A stretch of DNA of 64,000 nt. Source: Octopus sinensis (lineage: Eukaryota). The notes under the pieces were generated by a model, which had not been told where the DNA came from, did not search any database, and saw only the letters and a list, made by a program, of their open reading frames with translations. This document shows, one piece after another, positions 13,311-27,127 of this stretch (the stretch's first letter is position 1; the number at the start of each line of letters is the position of its first letter). The DNA lies in the NCBI RefSeq assembly GCF_006345805.1, contig NC_043000.1, forward strand, positions 84,320,001-84,384,000. Reading direction: 5' to 3'. Both the position numbers and the translations under genes were made by a program.

Positions 13311-13923
13311 TATTATTATTATTATTAAAGGATCGAATACTATTAACTTACGTTTGACGTAAAAAAAGTTAATTTATACTTGTATAGCTAGGAGTAAATT
13401 ATTAATTCCTGTAATGTTTATATAGATAGGTTGTAGGATTTTATATGCTTATAATATAGTTGTTCAAGGTTTCCTTAGGTTTAGCATTTTCTGTATATAT
13501 CGGTATTGTAATTTTAGGTGTTTTATTTTTTATTTTTTTATTTGTTTAATTTTAAAAACATATATTTGTAATTTATATATATTTATTATATTTTTATTCA
13601 TATTCATATTTTTCTATTTAATCTGACTTATAATATGGGGTGGATGCAGATGTCTTTAAAATAAAACTAGATCTCTTCCTGTCAGGTGTCCCAGATGAAC
13701 CAACTTCACGGCAGGAAGTGCAGATGAGGGCAGCTGCATCGAACTCTCTCATGCACCAAATAGCAATTGCTAAAAAACATTCGTGAAGTAAAATCATGTA
13801 GCAACATCAAATGGCGGTTCCCCAGCATGGCCACAGCTCGTGAGCTGAAACTAGATAAAATAAAATGAAATAAATAATGTGTATTTTTAACTTTGATCCG
13901 TTAATAATAACAAGAATAAGATA

Positions 13924-14007
13924 AATAGCCGGAGGACGCACTGGTGGATTATGTATTAGGTATAGCCTTTATAAACACTACACCAGCGCAGAAACACGTG
14001 TAGCGTT
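13924..14007 (+). ncRNA. Type I hammerhead ribozyme motif, U4G core variant
   Basis: aatagc CGGAGGA c gcactggtg...caccagcgc a GAAAC ACGT GTA gcgtt. Confidence 0.55.
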
Positions 14008-14232
14008 GATTAAAAATATTTTTTTCCCCACAGACTAATAACAGGTAAGTTATATAGATTTTTCCATTTTTTTTTTAATAATTATATTGTATTTTATAGT
14101 AGTGTTTTTTAAATGCTTATATTATTTTATTGGGCATAGATTTTTATATGTATTCTTTACAATAATGATATCCTGAAATAGGAGTTCCGGTTCTATTGGT
14201 AAAATCCCAAATTTGTAATAACACTATATATA

Positions 14233-14283
<51 letters not shown>

Positions 14284-14299
14284 TATAAATAAATATATA

Positions 14300-14580
14300 T
14301 ATGTCACGTGACCGCTGGTCAAAATCAGCCTTTTGGCTTTCGACCAGCGCCGTGAAACATCTGTTGTCTTCGTCTGCCGATAAAGGCATTTTTTCAAAAT
14401 ACGCCAGCTAAACTTGTACTGTTTATTAGTCGAAAGACACCCGCTGTTTTTGTCCTGTTTTTACCAATATTGTTTTTTGTATTTTGTATTCGTGTGTCAT
14501 CGTCCGTTTTTCTGTCCCTGTTTCGTATACATTCGATCCTTCTTCCAAGAAATCTAATGCTCGTAGATTAGTTTTTCCTT
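14300..14580 (+). repeat. Unclassified, probably PLE-related repeat, homologous to the minus strand of 19615-21124
   Basis: Shares gtcacgtgac and ttcgtat.cattcgatccttcttcca.gaaatct with the reverse complement of the 19.8-20.1 kb unit; embedded next to (TA)n. Confidence 0.5.
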
Positions 14581-14938
14581 AAATTAGAGATAAAACCACT
14601 ATTAGGCAAATCAAGCAGTGAAAAACATAAGCCAATACATAAAATAAATTTAAAAATATAAAAGTTAAAATTTAAAAAATTATCTAAATAATTTAAACTT
14701 ATAAATTTTATATATATATATATACAAATATATATATATATGTATATTTTTATATTTATATATTATTTTATCTATTAATTAATTTATTAATTTATTTATT
14801 TATTAATATTTTAATTTTTTTTTAAATATCAAAAGTATTAAAATTTTAATAAAAGATAAAGTGTAAAATATATATATATAAATATACATTAATATAAGTA
14901 AATATATATATATATATATATATATACAAATATATATA

Positions 14939-15028
<90 letters not shown>

Positions 15029-15402
15029 GCAATTTGTTGTGCTTAAACACAATTATTTAATGAGAAATGTTTTAATGAAAGTAAATATATATATCTGTAA
15101 AGGTAATTGCAATAGCTCAGTTGAATATAAGGCAAACTAAATATCGAAGACGCTTTGGTTCAATTACGGATTGTGAAATGTTGATGCATTTCGGTTTTCT
15201 TCATGAAATGATTGTAAATGAAATTTCTATTACTCAAACAATACAGCAACTATAATTGAATGGGGGGTTTTTGTAGACATGCACATACACACACATGCAC
15301 ACACATAGACGAACACATATCCGCACGCACATATACACACACACACACACACAACGTATACTCACGCACGCACACACAGACACAGACACACATACACACA
15401 TG

Positions 15403-15443
<41 letters not shown>

Positions 15444-16109
15444 TGTTTATGTCTTTGGTTTCCATGAGCATGCATGATCTTTGTATACATATATCATTTG
15501 ATTGTTTCTGCTTGAAATATTAAAGGATTTATACATACACACGCACACAGAGTTGTATGTATCTCATATGTGCAGAAACTTATTCATGGACTATAAAAGC
15601 AATTACTGTTGTTGTTGTTGTTGTTATTGCTGCTGCTGTTGTTATTATTGTTGTTGTTGCTGTTATTTTTGTTATCATTGTTGTTGTTGACTTTGTTGTT
15701 GCTTTTGTTGTTGATGCTCCTGCTCTTATTCTTGTTCTTGTTTTTGTCGTAGCTTTATTACATTATAACAGGATTTTATACAATCTCCAGAGTGTATATC
15801 TTCTTTACTTTTATGATTATTTACATGAAACATTTGAGTATGTTTTCCTAAGATTTACCATACAATAGAGGATTATATCTTATCTACATTACAGTGATAC
15901 AGATTTACAACATATATGGAGGCGTATTTTTTCGATTTTCCTTATTTTTCAAATAAAAACTTTAAAGTAAGTAAAATCTATAACACAACTCAGTCTTATA
16001 GTTTATGTAAAAAAAATTTTTTTGTTTTTACATACACAATACCACTATGAATATAAATATATACATGTTCATACGTACATACATACACAAATACATTTCT
16101 ATACACACG

Positions 16110-16150
<41 letters not shown>

Positions 16151-16828
16151 GCACACACACATAAATATAAATATGTATATATCTATATATGTATGTATAT
16201 ATGTATGTGTGTATGTATGCATAAATATATATATATATATATATATACCAAGTATCTAGAAGAGATTGTATGCAAATTTTTTTCGATAAATTCAAATTTA
16301 ACATTGAATTGCAGACAGAAAGCAAAACGTTTGCAGTACTATAAAGTACTGTCTAAGAAAAAGAGAAATAATTTCAAACGATTACATATTATTTTCATTA
16401 GAAAATTATTTTTTTAGTTTTAGTGATAGGGATTAACTTTTGATACCAGCAAGGGTTCAGCCACATGTATCATTTTTATTGCATCCCGTAAAAGAATTAT
16501 GAACTTGTTAAGTCTGCGCAGTCATTGAACTGAGAATATTCAAAAAGTAAATACATAATTATGTTATGCAAGCATGTATGCATGCATGTATGTATGTATG
16601 TATGTATGTATGTATGTATGTATGTATGTATGTATGTATGTATGTATGAGTGTATGTATGTATTATGTATGTGTGCATGTATGTAAAGACATTAATTATA
16701 TGCATTACATACTTGGTTATATGAGTCTGCCTGCAGATTTCTCGAGATGCCTATTCTGCTAAGACCAATAATAGACGTGATACCAATGGTAATTTTCAGA
16801 CCAGCCATAATCAACTACTCCATTGAAC

Positions 16829-16871
<43 letters not shown>

Positions 16872-17119
16872 TATATACGTATAAAATATTAGAGAATATG
16901 ATTCCAAACTTACAGGGAAAATTCAATTTAGTAATACTAAATCAAATTTCACAATATATAATACATGTATATAAAATAGAAAAGGACCACCATGTAGCAA
17001 TTCAACAATGATATATTTAAATAATACCATATAGAAAAAAATTAACGATACGACATAACATTTACCTAGACCTACAATAAGTACGAAATAATAAATAAAT
17101 AGTATATAATTAGTAAAAG

Positions 17120-17200
17120 GACTACACGTGCTTCGTGGCCATATTTTCAAATTGATAACAATAAAATCAATTCAATTTAAATAGAGTCACTCATCAGGTC
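17120..17200 (-). ncRNA. Type I hammerhead ribozyme motif with long stem II and A15.1G change
   Basis: Minus strand: gac CTGATGA gtg[actctatttaaattga...tcaatttgaaaatatggc]cac GAAG C ACGT G TA gtc; stem I gac/gtc, stem II closed by gtg/cac. Confidence 0.55.
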
Positions 17201-17924
17201 TAAGATAAAAACAATAAAATAATCAAATAAATGTACGTATATTATCTTATAAGAAAATATAAATATATATAAAAATATATATAAAAATGTATATGAATAT
17301 ATATAAATACATATAAAAATATATATAAAAATACGTAATTTTGCAATAAAAACTGAACAAAATACAACAATATATCTTAAAATAAAAACATGAAATATCT
17401 TATTGAATATATTCTGTTAATTTAATCATTCAACTTAATACGTTTCACTTAGTGTTTATAATAAACTCAACTTGTTAAAAACGTGGTATAAATAAAACTA
17501 GAATAAATGAATAGAAATATTTATTTTATCTACGGAAATATATTTTAGCTTATTGAAGAAAAAATAACAAACTATAGTACATCATTACTGGAAAATTAAA
17601 ATAAGTAAATAAAACAAAATATTTAAAACTATATATATATATATGTATAAAATTAAAATCAAAATGAGGTTGAAAATTGGATATTAATTTGACAGCATCA
17701 ATTTTAACACCAGTGGTCTAGCATATAAAAAAATGAGATTCAGTAAATAGTATATATATATATACATATGTATATATATATATATATAATACATAATATA
17801 CATTATATACATTAAGTGAAGCTAACAATAACAATCAAAAAAAATTCAACAATATTTTTTTTAAAAGAATTTCACGACTTATCTAAGGAAATCTGTTAAC
17901 AGATTTTCTTTGATAAGTCATTAG

Positions 17925-18252
17925 ATTGCAGTTATGCTGGGACACCGCCTTTAAGAAGACTTCGTCGAATGAATCGACCACAACACTTAAATTCTTTGTT
18001 AAGCCTAGTACTTATTCTATCGGTCACTTATGAGCTACTAAGTTAGGGACGTAAACACACCAACATTGGTTGTCAAGCGTTAGTGAGGACAAACACAGAC
18101 ATAAACACATACACGACGGGCTTCTTTCTGTTTCTGTCTACCAAATCCCCTCATAAATCTTTGATCGGTCCGATGCTATAGTAGAAAACACTTGCCCAAG
18201 GTGCCACGCAGTGGGACTGAACGCGGAACCATGTGGTTAGGAAGCAAGCTTC
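17925..18252 (-). mobile_element. tRNA-derived SINE (family 2)
   Basis: Reverse complement of aagcttgcttcc.aaccacatggttccg.gttcagtcccactgcgtggcaccttgggcaagtg...; same family at 44972, 51840 and 56198. Confidence 0.75.
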
Positions 18253-18271
18253 TTACCACACAGCTGTATAT

Positions 18272-19016
18272 AACAGTTTACTCAAAATAGCCACCATCAG
18301 CATCCACTACGGTCTCAAGAAGATTTCATGCGTTCCTCACTATGTCTCATTGATCTTCGCCGCCAGCTCGGCCTTGGTGTTACAGACAGAAGGGTTGCTG
18401 TATTTCACAACTGCGCCCCATATGCGGTAATCCATGGGATTATATGGGATTGAAGCCGAGGGAATCACGAGGCAAAAATTGAAGCTAGTGAATTCGTGGA
18501 AATTCTCCAACAATCATTGTAACACTTTCTGGAGGTATGGAATGAAGCCAATCCCTGCAGCTATACATATGGCCTTCCAGCAGTGACTATCTCTAACCAA
18601 AATTTGACCAAATCTCCAACAGCTTCAAATAGTCATCTGAATTGAATCGATGTCCCTATTCGAAGATTTGGAGCGGCATGACGTTACCCTCAGAGGTGAT
18701 ACACCCAAAGACTATTACATTTTGGACGAGCTTGGTTTTTATGACGTGGGTGTCAAGCCTTACAGCCTTTACATTGTTTACAGAGCATAGAGCAGCAGTG
18801 TTAATGTCGGCAGCGTGAAGCCCGTTGCGAATATTCATGATGCAGATAACTCTTTTCCAATATTCAGATGGTTTCTAGCCTTCCATGTCAGCTAACGTTT
18901 TCTCAACTACAACCTTAATCCTTATGCTCTATAACACAGTTGACTGTTCATCAATGCATCAAGATGTTCTGGAAAGCAAGCGGCACAAATGCCGGCAAAT
19001 TTAACCCAACACCTTG
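18272..19016 (-). mobile_element. Tc1/mariner DD37D (maT)-type transposon, internally deleted
   Basis: KTKL..NVIVFGCITSEGNVMP..F..., PMDYRIWGAV..CNTKAEL, DADGGYFE*; terminal ta-caaggtgttgggttaaattt at 19016. Confidence 0.75.
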
Positions 19017-19572
19017 TATATGAATGTGTGTGTGTGTGTGTTTGTGTGCATGTACGTGCGTATATGTGTATGCGTATGAGTGTGTGCGCGCGTACGTGAG
19101 CGTATGTGACTGTGTGTGTATACATACATACACTCACACACATATAAATATACAGTCAGGATGTATGAGAGGCGAATATAGATTTATTTAACCACGTGTC
19201 TTCCATCATATTACGGCCTTTTCGCAACACTTTTTCATGTAGCAGTAATTTCAGTATACAAGAAATTATGTGTTTATGTATTAATGTACGTACAGCATTA
19301 TAACCAAACAGTTGTATATTCACAAATTAATTCAAATAACAAACACTAACTCATCAGATGACCAGAACATGACGGTTGCATCAATATTCAAATTCTAAAT
19401 GTACACACTAAATTCACTCTTTCGTATAGAAGGGTGACACATGACAAAATTACTGACTCCGTAGGAGGAGCTTCTTGTGATAACTACATGATCCTCTGAA
19501 TTCATAAAGATATGAGCATGAGAGAGAAAGAGAGAGAGAGAGTGTGTGTGTGTACATAGAAGTACGGGTGAT

Positions 19573-19614
<42 letters not shown>

Positions 19615-19618
<4 letters not shown>

Positions 19619-21124
19619 GGTATGTAGAAAAATACAACATGGACAAGAACGTATAACTCTTAGAAGACGACACAATAAACATGGACAGGACATTCGAACC
19701 CCTCAGTCTTCAGTCAAGAACCGGATCATCGTAGTAATTTCGGCTGATTAATCTTGAGATTACTAGATCACGGCCAGCCCTCCAAGAAAAACTAAGCAAC
19801 GAGCATTAGAAAAACTAAGCTGGAAGCGTAGATTTCCTGGAAGAAGGATCGAATGCATACGAACACCAGGACAGCAAAAGGGACAGATATAAAAAAAACA
19901 AAAACAATAATGGAATACAGAAACATGAAATACAGAAGCATTAACGGTGAAAACAACAAGTGTCTTACGACTGATAACAAGCAAACAAATTTTTTCTCTG
20001 GCGCATTGGAAGAAGCCTTTATAGCGGCGGACGAAAAACAACGATGTTAACACGACGAGGGTCAGGAGCTGAAAGGCAGATTTCGGCCAACAGTCACGTG
20101 ACAGAGAAGAGGGAAAAGAAAAGAAAGAGAGGCAAAGGAAGAGAGAGAGAGACGAGGGACAAAACGCAACAAAGAGAGAGAAGAGAAGAGAGAGAAAGAA
20201 GGGATCAGAGAGGAGAAGGGATGGGTGTCGAAGAATGACCTGTGAGTGCAGAGCGAGACAAAGAGAGAGAGAGGGGGACAGATCAAGTAAAAATGAGAGA
20301 GAGAGGGAGACAAAAAGAGAGTCGTACCAATTATTAAGAATATGTGCTCACATTAATGATAAGGTGGGTACGGGGCGCCTGGAATATATGTTAAGGTATG
20401 TAGAAAAATACAACATGGACAAGAACGTATAACTCTTAGAAGACGACACAATAAACATGGACAGGACATTCGAACCCCTCAGTCTTCAGTCAAGAACCGG
20501 ATCATCGTAGTAATTTCGGCTGATTAATCTTGAGATTACTAGATCACGGCCAGCCCTCCAAGAAAAACTAAGCAACGAGCATTAGAAAAACTAAGCTGGA
20601 AGCGTAGATTTCCTGGAAGAAGGATCGAATGCATACGAACACCAGGACAGCAAAAGGGACAGATAAAAAAAAACAAAAAACAATAATGGAATACAGAAAC
20701 ATGAAATACAGAAGCATTAACGGTGAAAACAACAAGTGTCTTACGACTGATAACAAGCAAACAAATTTTTCTCTGGCGCATTGGAAGAAGCCTTTATAGC
20801 GGCGGACGAAAAACAACGATGTTAACACGACGAGGGTCAGGAGCTGAAAGGCAGATTTCGGCCAACAGTCACGTGACAGAGAAGAGGGAAAAGAAAAGAA
20901 AGAGAGGCAAAGGAAGAGAGAGAGAGACGAGGGACAAAACGCAACAAAGAGAGAGAAGAGAAGAGAGAGAAAGAAGGGATCAGAGAGGAGAAGGATGGGT
21001 GTCGAAGAATGACCTGTGAGTGCAGAGCGAGACAAAGAGAGAGAGAGGGGGACAGATCAAGTAAAAATGAGAGAGAGAGGGAGACAAAAAGAGAGTCGTA
21101 CCAATTATTAAGAATATGTGCTCA
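19615..21124 (-). repeat. Near-identical tandem duplication (19615-20350 and 20391-21124) of a probable PLE-related non-coding unit
   Basis: 776-bp offset and 40-bp spacer; the differences seen are homopolymer-length indels; bounded by (TA)n on both sides. Confidence 0.8.
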
Positions 21125-21130
21125 AGGATT

Positions 21131-21177
<47 letters not shown>

Positions 21178-21504
21178 AATGAAAGACGGAAGATGGAATT
21201 TATATATGCGCGTGACAGTTCTAAGTACATATGACTGCATGTGAACTCTATCACAGATCCAAACCTACACAGACACCTACACACATCCTACATATGTTAA
21301 TCTATATCTAATATCTACCGGAGAAGGATGAAAATACACCAACATTTTAATATAATTTGCTTTTATAAAATTGTTTACTAAAGACCGTTTATAGTGATCA
21401 TTCTTACTGTGTAGATGTATATATGTATGCATGTGTGTGTATGTGCGTGAGAGTGTATTTCCCCCTCTCAGTATATATATATATATATATTATATATATA
21501 TATA

Positions 21505-22397
21505 TATGGGGGAGATTCTGTCTGTGGGTGTGTTTGTGGACTTATTAGCTAACTCCTCCTACGTTGTTTTATCGATTTTGACGGAACTTGACACATGAGT
21601 AAAACTCATGTCTGGAAACCTCATAGCATACTCAGATTGTTGAAAAAATCGACAATAGGGCCCCTGGAAGGGATCCTTATATATATCTAATATGTTTTAC
21701 TTTAAAAACCGAGAGAAATAGCCAATTCGCCTCTGGAAGCGATTCTTATATATAGCCAAGGGAAATAACCCATTTATTTCCCTAAATTATTCGGTAAAAA
21801 GGAAATTGAGTATGCTTATTTCTTAGTATTTGAAATGTTAGGGTTATTTTCGAAATTTATCCAGTACAACCCTTAAACAAGTAAATAGTATTTTCGTAAA
21901 CAACAGATCCACTTATTTCGGTTAGTGACTTATTCACGAACATACCAACATTAACGCCTCTGAGGGTAATGTTCTCTGGAAACACACAAAAGCCCTTTAC
22001 AGACTTATTTACTTTGAGTTGTTATCTCATATCTGATTAGCCTGTTATTACGTAACATGCTTCGCGATTTTAGTATACATACCTTATTAGTATTCCCTCA
22101 TATGTTCTATATACTCTGGAAACGCATTAAAGCCCTTTTCGGGGCTACTTTATTTGAATTCTTTCTATCGGGTAACTAATTTCATGTTATTACATAACTG
22201 GCTTCACAATTTGAGTATTCATAACTTATTGGGAATTCCTAAAAACATGATCCTGTGTAAGACGGTTCGGTATTCTCTGTAAATGCACAAAAACCGTTTC
22301 AAGAGCTACATACTTTGTTGTTATTGGATTAGCGAAACAAGATCGGAACAAACGAATAATCTCCTCTTTCCCCGGAATTACAAGGTACGTGAGCTAG
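21505..22397 (+). mobile_element. Probable non-autonomous Helitron/Helentron-type element
   Basis: 5' part tctgtctgtgggtgtgtttgt..aactcctcc..tcgattttgac resembles HINE/DINE-like starts; 3' end CTAG|T (22394-22397) preceded by a decayed GC-rich hairpin region; internal diverged repeats. Confidence 0.45.
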
Positions 22398-22502
22398 TAT
22401 ATATATATATATATATATGACGGTCGACGTCATAGGTCTTTTATTATCCAAAGTGGTTTTTTCAACGTAATCTGTACATGTCATTGTTTATAGATTTACC
22501 TA

Positions 22503-22890
22503 AGGCGGTGAGTTGGCAGAATCGTTAGCACGCTGGGCAAAATGCCTTGCGTAATTTTGTCAGTTTTCACAGTCTGAGTTCAAATTCTGCCGAGGTCGAC
22601 TTTGCTTTACATCCTTTCGGGGCCGATAAATTAAGTACCAGTGAAACACCGGGTTCGATATAATCGACTATTCCCCTCCCACAAAATTTCAGGCATTGTG
22701 CCTTTAGTAGAAAGGTGAGCTGGCAGAATCGTTAGCACGTCGAGCAAAACGCTTAGTGGCAGTTCATCCGTCTTTACGTTCTGAGTTCACATTCCATCTC
22801 GCGGGATCGATGAAATAAGTACCAGTTGAACTCTGGTGTCGATAAATTCGACTTACACATTTACCCAAAATTGCTGGCCTTGTGCCAAAA
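22503..22890 (+). mobile_element. Two adjacent family-1 SINE copies
   Basis: ggcggtgagttggcagaatcgttagcacg at 22504 and ggtgagctggcagaatcgttagcacg at about 22714. Confidence 0.8.
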
Positions 22891-23209
22891 TTTGAAATCC
22901 TTCTCTATAACTTTATATGTGATTTTGCTTCGAGATATTCCAAAGAAGAATAAATATATAAACCATAGCGTTGTCTACTGTCAATCATATAATATATTTT
23001 CTCCATTTTCTCCAAATATACTACAATATATATGTTCTGCGAATGTGATGTGTAATACTGTTCCAAAGGTCCCAATGTTACAATATAGTTTTATTGGTTT
23101 TTGATTCCTACTGTATTCACTTATCGGTCACGAGTTTGTTCTTTCGTTGTTACATCTAAGTGTTTCTAGATATTTAGTTATTACTTATTTAAACATTAAA
23201 TAGAGTAAT

Positions 23210-23770
23210 TATTTGGTGGGGGAGGGGGTTATACCCCCAGGTTTTACGCTGTCCATTTTGAATAACTGATGTCGTTTAGAAAGTGTTCGGTGATTAGTGT
23301 GGGCACGTATTTTAGCCGTATTTGTCGCTACATATGCGGTGAATATCAGCGGGGGGGGGGGGGGCAGATGATGCCTTTCTTTCTGGCTTTATATTTGATT
23401 TCGGTTCTTTCTAGTGGTTTCCTTAATGGACTCAAATAGTTTGAACAGGCTCACTTTCAGGATGTTATTATAAAATCGTGTTGCTTCGTCGGAGGATTCT
23501 TCGAGATATGGGACCGTTTTTAATATGGATGATTGAAACGTTTGTTAAAATATAGTGACTCCTCCTCCGGTTTTCCATTACCTATGGTTAACTTTATGTC
23601 ATGTCTAGAAATGTAGTATGAGCAGATTGGTTTGGATAATGATTTTGTACTCTCTAAAACATCTACTTTCTGTGAATGTAGTTAATATTAATGCTTCTTG
23701 ACCATTATCTTTGTTGAACTATAATCCTGCAGTTGCGGATATATTGCTTAGCTTAACATTTCCAGAGTTA
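23210..23770 (-). mobile_element. Decayed APE endonuclease fragment of an unassigned LINE
   Basis: Minus strand KTGGGVTIF (GGGV.IY motif) within coding-like sequence; other motifs eroded. Confidence 0.35.
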
Positions 23771-23799
23771 CTACACCTCGCTTCTGCATGATATATGCA

Positions 23800-24148
23800 T
23801 TCATGGTTTTTAATGCCCACAAAGGGCTACAAACAAGGATGGACAAACGGATTAAGTCGATTATATCGGCGGAATTTGAACTCAGAACGTAACGGCAGAC
23901 GTAATAACTATTTCTACTTCTTTACTTACACAGAAGGGGCTAAACATAGAAGGGACAAACAAGGACAGACAAACGGATTAAGTCTATTATATCGACTCCA
24001 GTGCGTAACTGGTACTTATTTAATCAACCCCGAAAGGATGAAAGGCAAAGTCGACCTCGGCGGAATTTGAACTCAGAACGTAGCGACAGACAAAATACCG
24101 CTGAGCATTTCGCCCGGCGTGCTAATGTCTCTGCCAGGTCGCCGCCTT
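23800..24148 (-). mobile_element. Dimeric family-1 SINE
   Basis: Full monomer about 23905-24148 followed by an internally deleted second monomer; same junction type as 51973-52386. Confidence 0.7.
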
Positions 24149-24453
24149 ACAAGCATGATATATGCATTCTGTCTTCAGATATAATTTGTATTTCGGATAG
24201 TGAGGTGCACATGGAAATCTAAGGTCACCGTGACATCCAGTCAGCAGGAATACAAAAAGATTTTTTTAAAATCTATTTTCTTACTTATATAAATCGTGCC
24301 ACAAAATGCCGGTGGTACACAGAAACAGATAAGATGTAGAGATGAATTACTTTCGAAAAGACATCAACATTAATGACAAAATTTAAACGTAATTTATAGA
24401 AATAAGCTGTTAAAGTATATATCTATATCTATCTATCTATCTATCTATCTATC

Positions 24454-24562
<109 letters not shown>

Positions 24563-24812
24563 CACACACACATACACACACACACACACACATATATAGA
24601 TTTGGATAAGTATCTCATAATTAAACAGTGTGTTTATGCATCCGTGCATATTTGTATTTGTATGCATTATGTACGTATAAGTAATTAGTAGGGTGGAATC
24701 AAAGTAGATTTAGAGACATAATATATAAAATGATGCATAAATACAGTTAATATGAAGAGGAACTTGAAACTTATATGCAGCCTCTATTAAAATATATGCA
24801 TGTGTATACTAT

Positions 24813-24886
<74 letters not shown>

Positions 24887-24888
<2 letters not shown>

Positions 24889-25099
24889 AGAGAGAATATA
24901 TCTTTATGCGTTTATTCAGTACAATATTACACATAACTCATTAAATCTCATTAATAAAAGAATCTGTTATGCAAGATTTTTACTTTAAAATCAGATTACT
25001 TTATCAGATGATCAGAGAAATATTTCCGTTAAGATAATTTATGTTTGTTAGGCCAATATATTGTTTCGGGAAAATTACACACAGACACACACACACACA

Positions 25100-25130
<31 letters not shown>

Positions 25131-25263
25131 CAACACACACACACACACCACACACACACCACACACACACACACAACACACACACACACATATATATATA
25201 GAGAGAGAGAGACATATGCTTGCATATAGATATATATGTATATGTATATCTATCTATTTATTC

Positions 25264-25298
<35 letters not shown>

Positions 25299-25559
25299 AT
25301 ATATATATCTATATATATAATATATATATATATATTATATATACAAGAGAGAATATATCTTTATGCGTTTATTCAGTACAATATTACACATAACTCATTA
25401 AATCTCATTAATAAAAGAATCTGTTATGCAAGATTTTTACTTTAAAATCAGATTACTTTATCAGATGATCAGAGAAATATTTCCGTTAAGATAATTTATG
25501 TTGTTAGGCCAATATATTGTTTCGGGAAAATTACACACAGACACACACACAGACACACA

Positions 25560-25641
<82 letters not shown>

Positions 25642-25704
25642 GAGAGAGAGAGACATATGCTTGCATATAGATATATATGTATATGTATATCTATCTATTT
25701 ATTC
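24887..25704. repeat. Tandem duplication of about 450 bp of unique sequence plus microsatellites
   Basis: caagagagaatatatctttatgcg...attca occurs at 24887-25264 and 25344-25704, essentially identical outside microsatellites. Confidence 0.85.
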
Positions 25705-25765
25705 ATATATATATATATATATATATAATATATATATATATATATAATATATATATATATATACA

Positions 25766-27022
25766 CAAGGTACGATGGGTAAATTATCGCACATGCGCCT
25801 TGTTTGTTTTTGATTTTCTCGACTACACATTTGTGCACCATCTGTGAGAAAAACATCACCCTGACACAATTTAATCTGCTATAAATTTCGAAACGACATG
25901 CTGTACTGCTTGACGTTCGCGCAGAAAGCTCCAATAATAACATATCAGAGTGTTTGGGTGTCAACCTGAGGACAGTGCAGAGGATTCGGAAAGAGTTGGA
26001 TGGTGATTACGAAGGTGCGGCAGCTCGGAAAACTCCCTGTGATCGTTCTGATAAGAAGAGAACTCCTGAAAGTGTTGGTGAGATCCATGCTATGATTGAC
26101 AACGATCCCTCCAAGTCAATCAGGACCATCGCCAGGGACATGAGAGTGTTTTAGTTTCTCATCAAGCAGGTAGTGCATGGTGATATTCGGTATTCCTCAT
26201 GCAAGACGAGAAACGGCCAATTTGTATCCCAAGCCATCAAGGACAGGAGGAAAGACCGCGCTATGAAGCTTTTGAACAAATTCGAGCATCCCCTTCACCT
26301 GAACATGCTTTGGTTCTTCTCAAACGAGAAAACTTTCTGCCAGGATCAGATGGTGAACACACAGAACAACCGTTGGCTTGCCGCGTTTTCAAAGCACGTG
26401 GCGAGAGTGATAAGAATCAAACATCCAGTGAACATCATGGTGTTTGGTGTGATGACTAGTGATGGCGATGTTATGTCTCCATTCATCTTCCCACACAACC
26501 TCACACTCAACACGGAGGCCTACATCAAGTCCCTGGATGAGGTAGTGTTGCCCCGGGTCAAGAGGGTGGTTGTCGGTACACCCTGTCTGGCAACAGGACT
26601 CTGCACCATGCCACACAGGCAAGAGAACCCAGTCATAGCCCTCAGGCAATTTCTGCGACCACATCACCCATAACATCTGGTCACCTAACTCCCCAGACTG
26701 CAAGCCCCTTGATTATTATGTATGGGGCGCAGTTGGCGAAAGACAAAAAAAAAAAACTCATTGTGACACTAAGGATGAACTGAAGACAAGGATTATGACA
26801 ACATTCACCCACTTAAACAAGGATACCGTCCAGAAGAGTTGCAAGAGATCCCGAAGTCGTCTGGAGCCCGTGGTTGAAATCAATGGCGATGTTATTGAAT
26901 AAATTTACGCTTGAGTATTTCAAGGTATATTTCTGTAATTTTGGTAAATATATCTGTTAAAATGAGATGTCAGTGTTATTTTCATTTTTGCGTAATTTAG
27001 ACAATTTATTCCCCGCACCCTG
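25766..27022 (+). mobile_element. Tc1/mariner DD37D (maT)-type transposon, near full length, pseudogenised transposase
   Basis: HTH region LGVNLRTVQRIRKEL; WFFSNEKTF; QDSAPCH...WSPNSPDCKPLDYYVWG with 37 residues counted between the second and third D; imperfect TIRs caaggtacgatgggtaaattatc / cagggtgcggggaataaattgtc (16/23) flanked by (TA)n. Confidence 0.9.
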
Positions 27023-27023
27023 T

Positions 27024-27127
<104 letters not shown>

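Noticed and set aside
13670-13770. GC-rich segment considered as an snRNA or HDV-like ribozyme
   Set aside because: No match to remembered U2, U6, 5S or 7SL sequences and no nested double pseudoknot could be built; probably an unclassified repeat.
14372-14421. CCGATAA aggc..gcc agctAAAC ttGTA hammerhead-like remnant
   Set aside because: Several core positions are altered; too degenerate to call.
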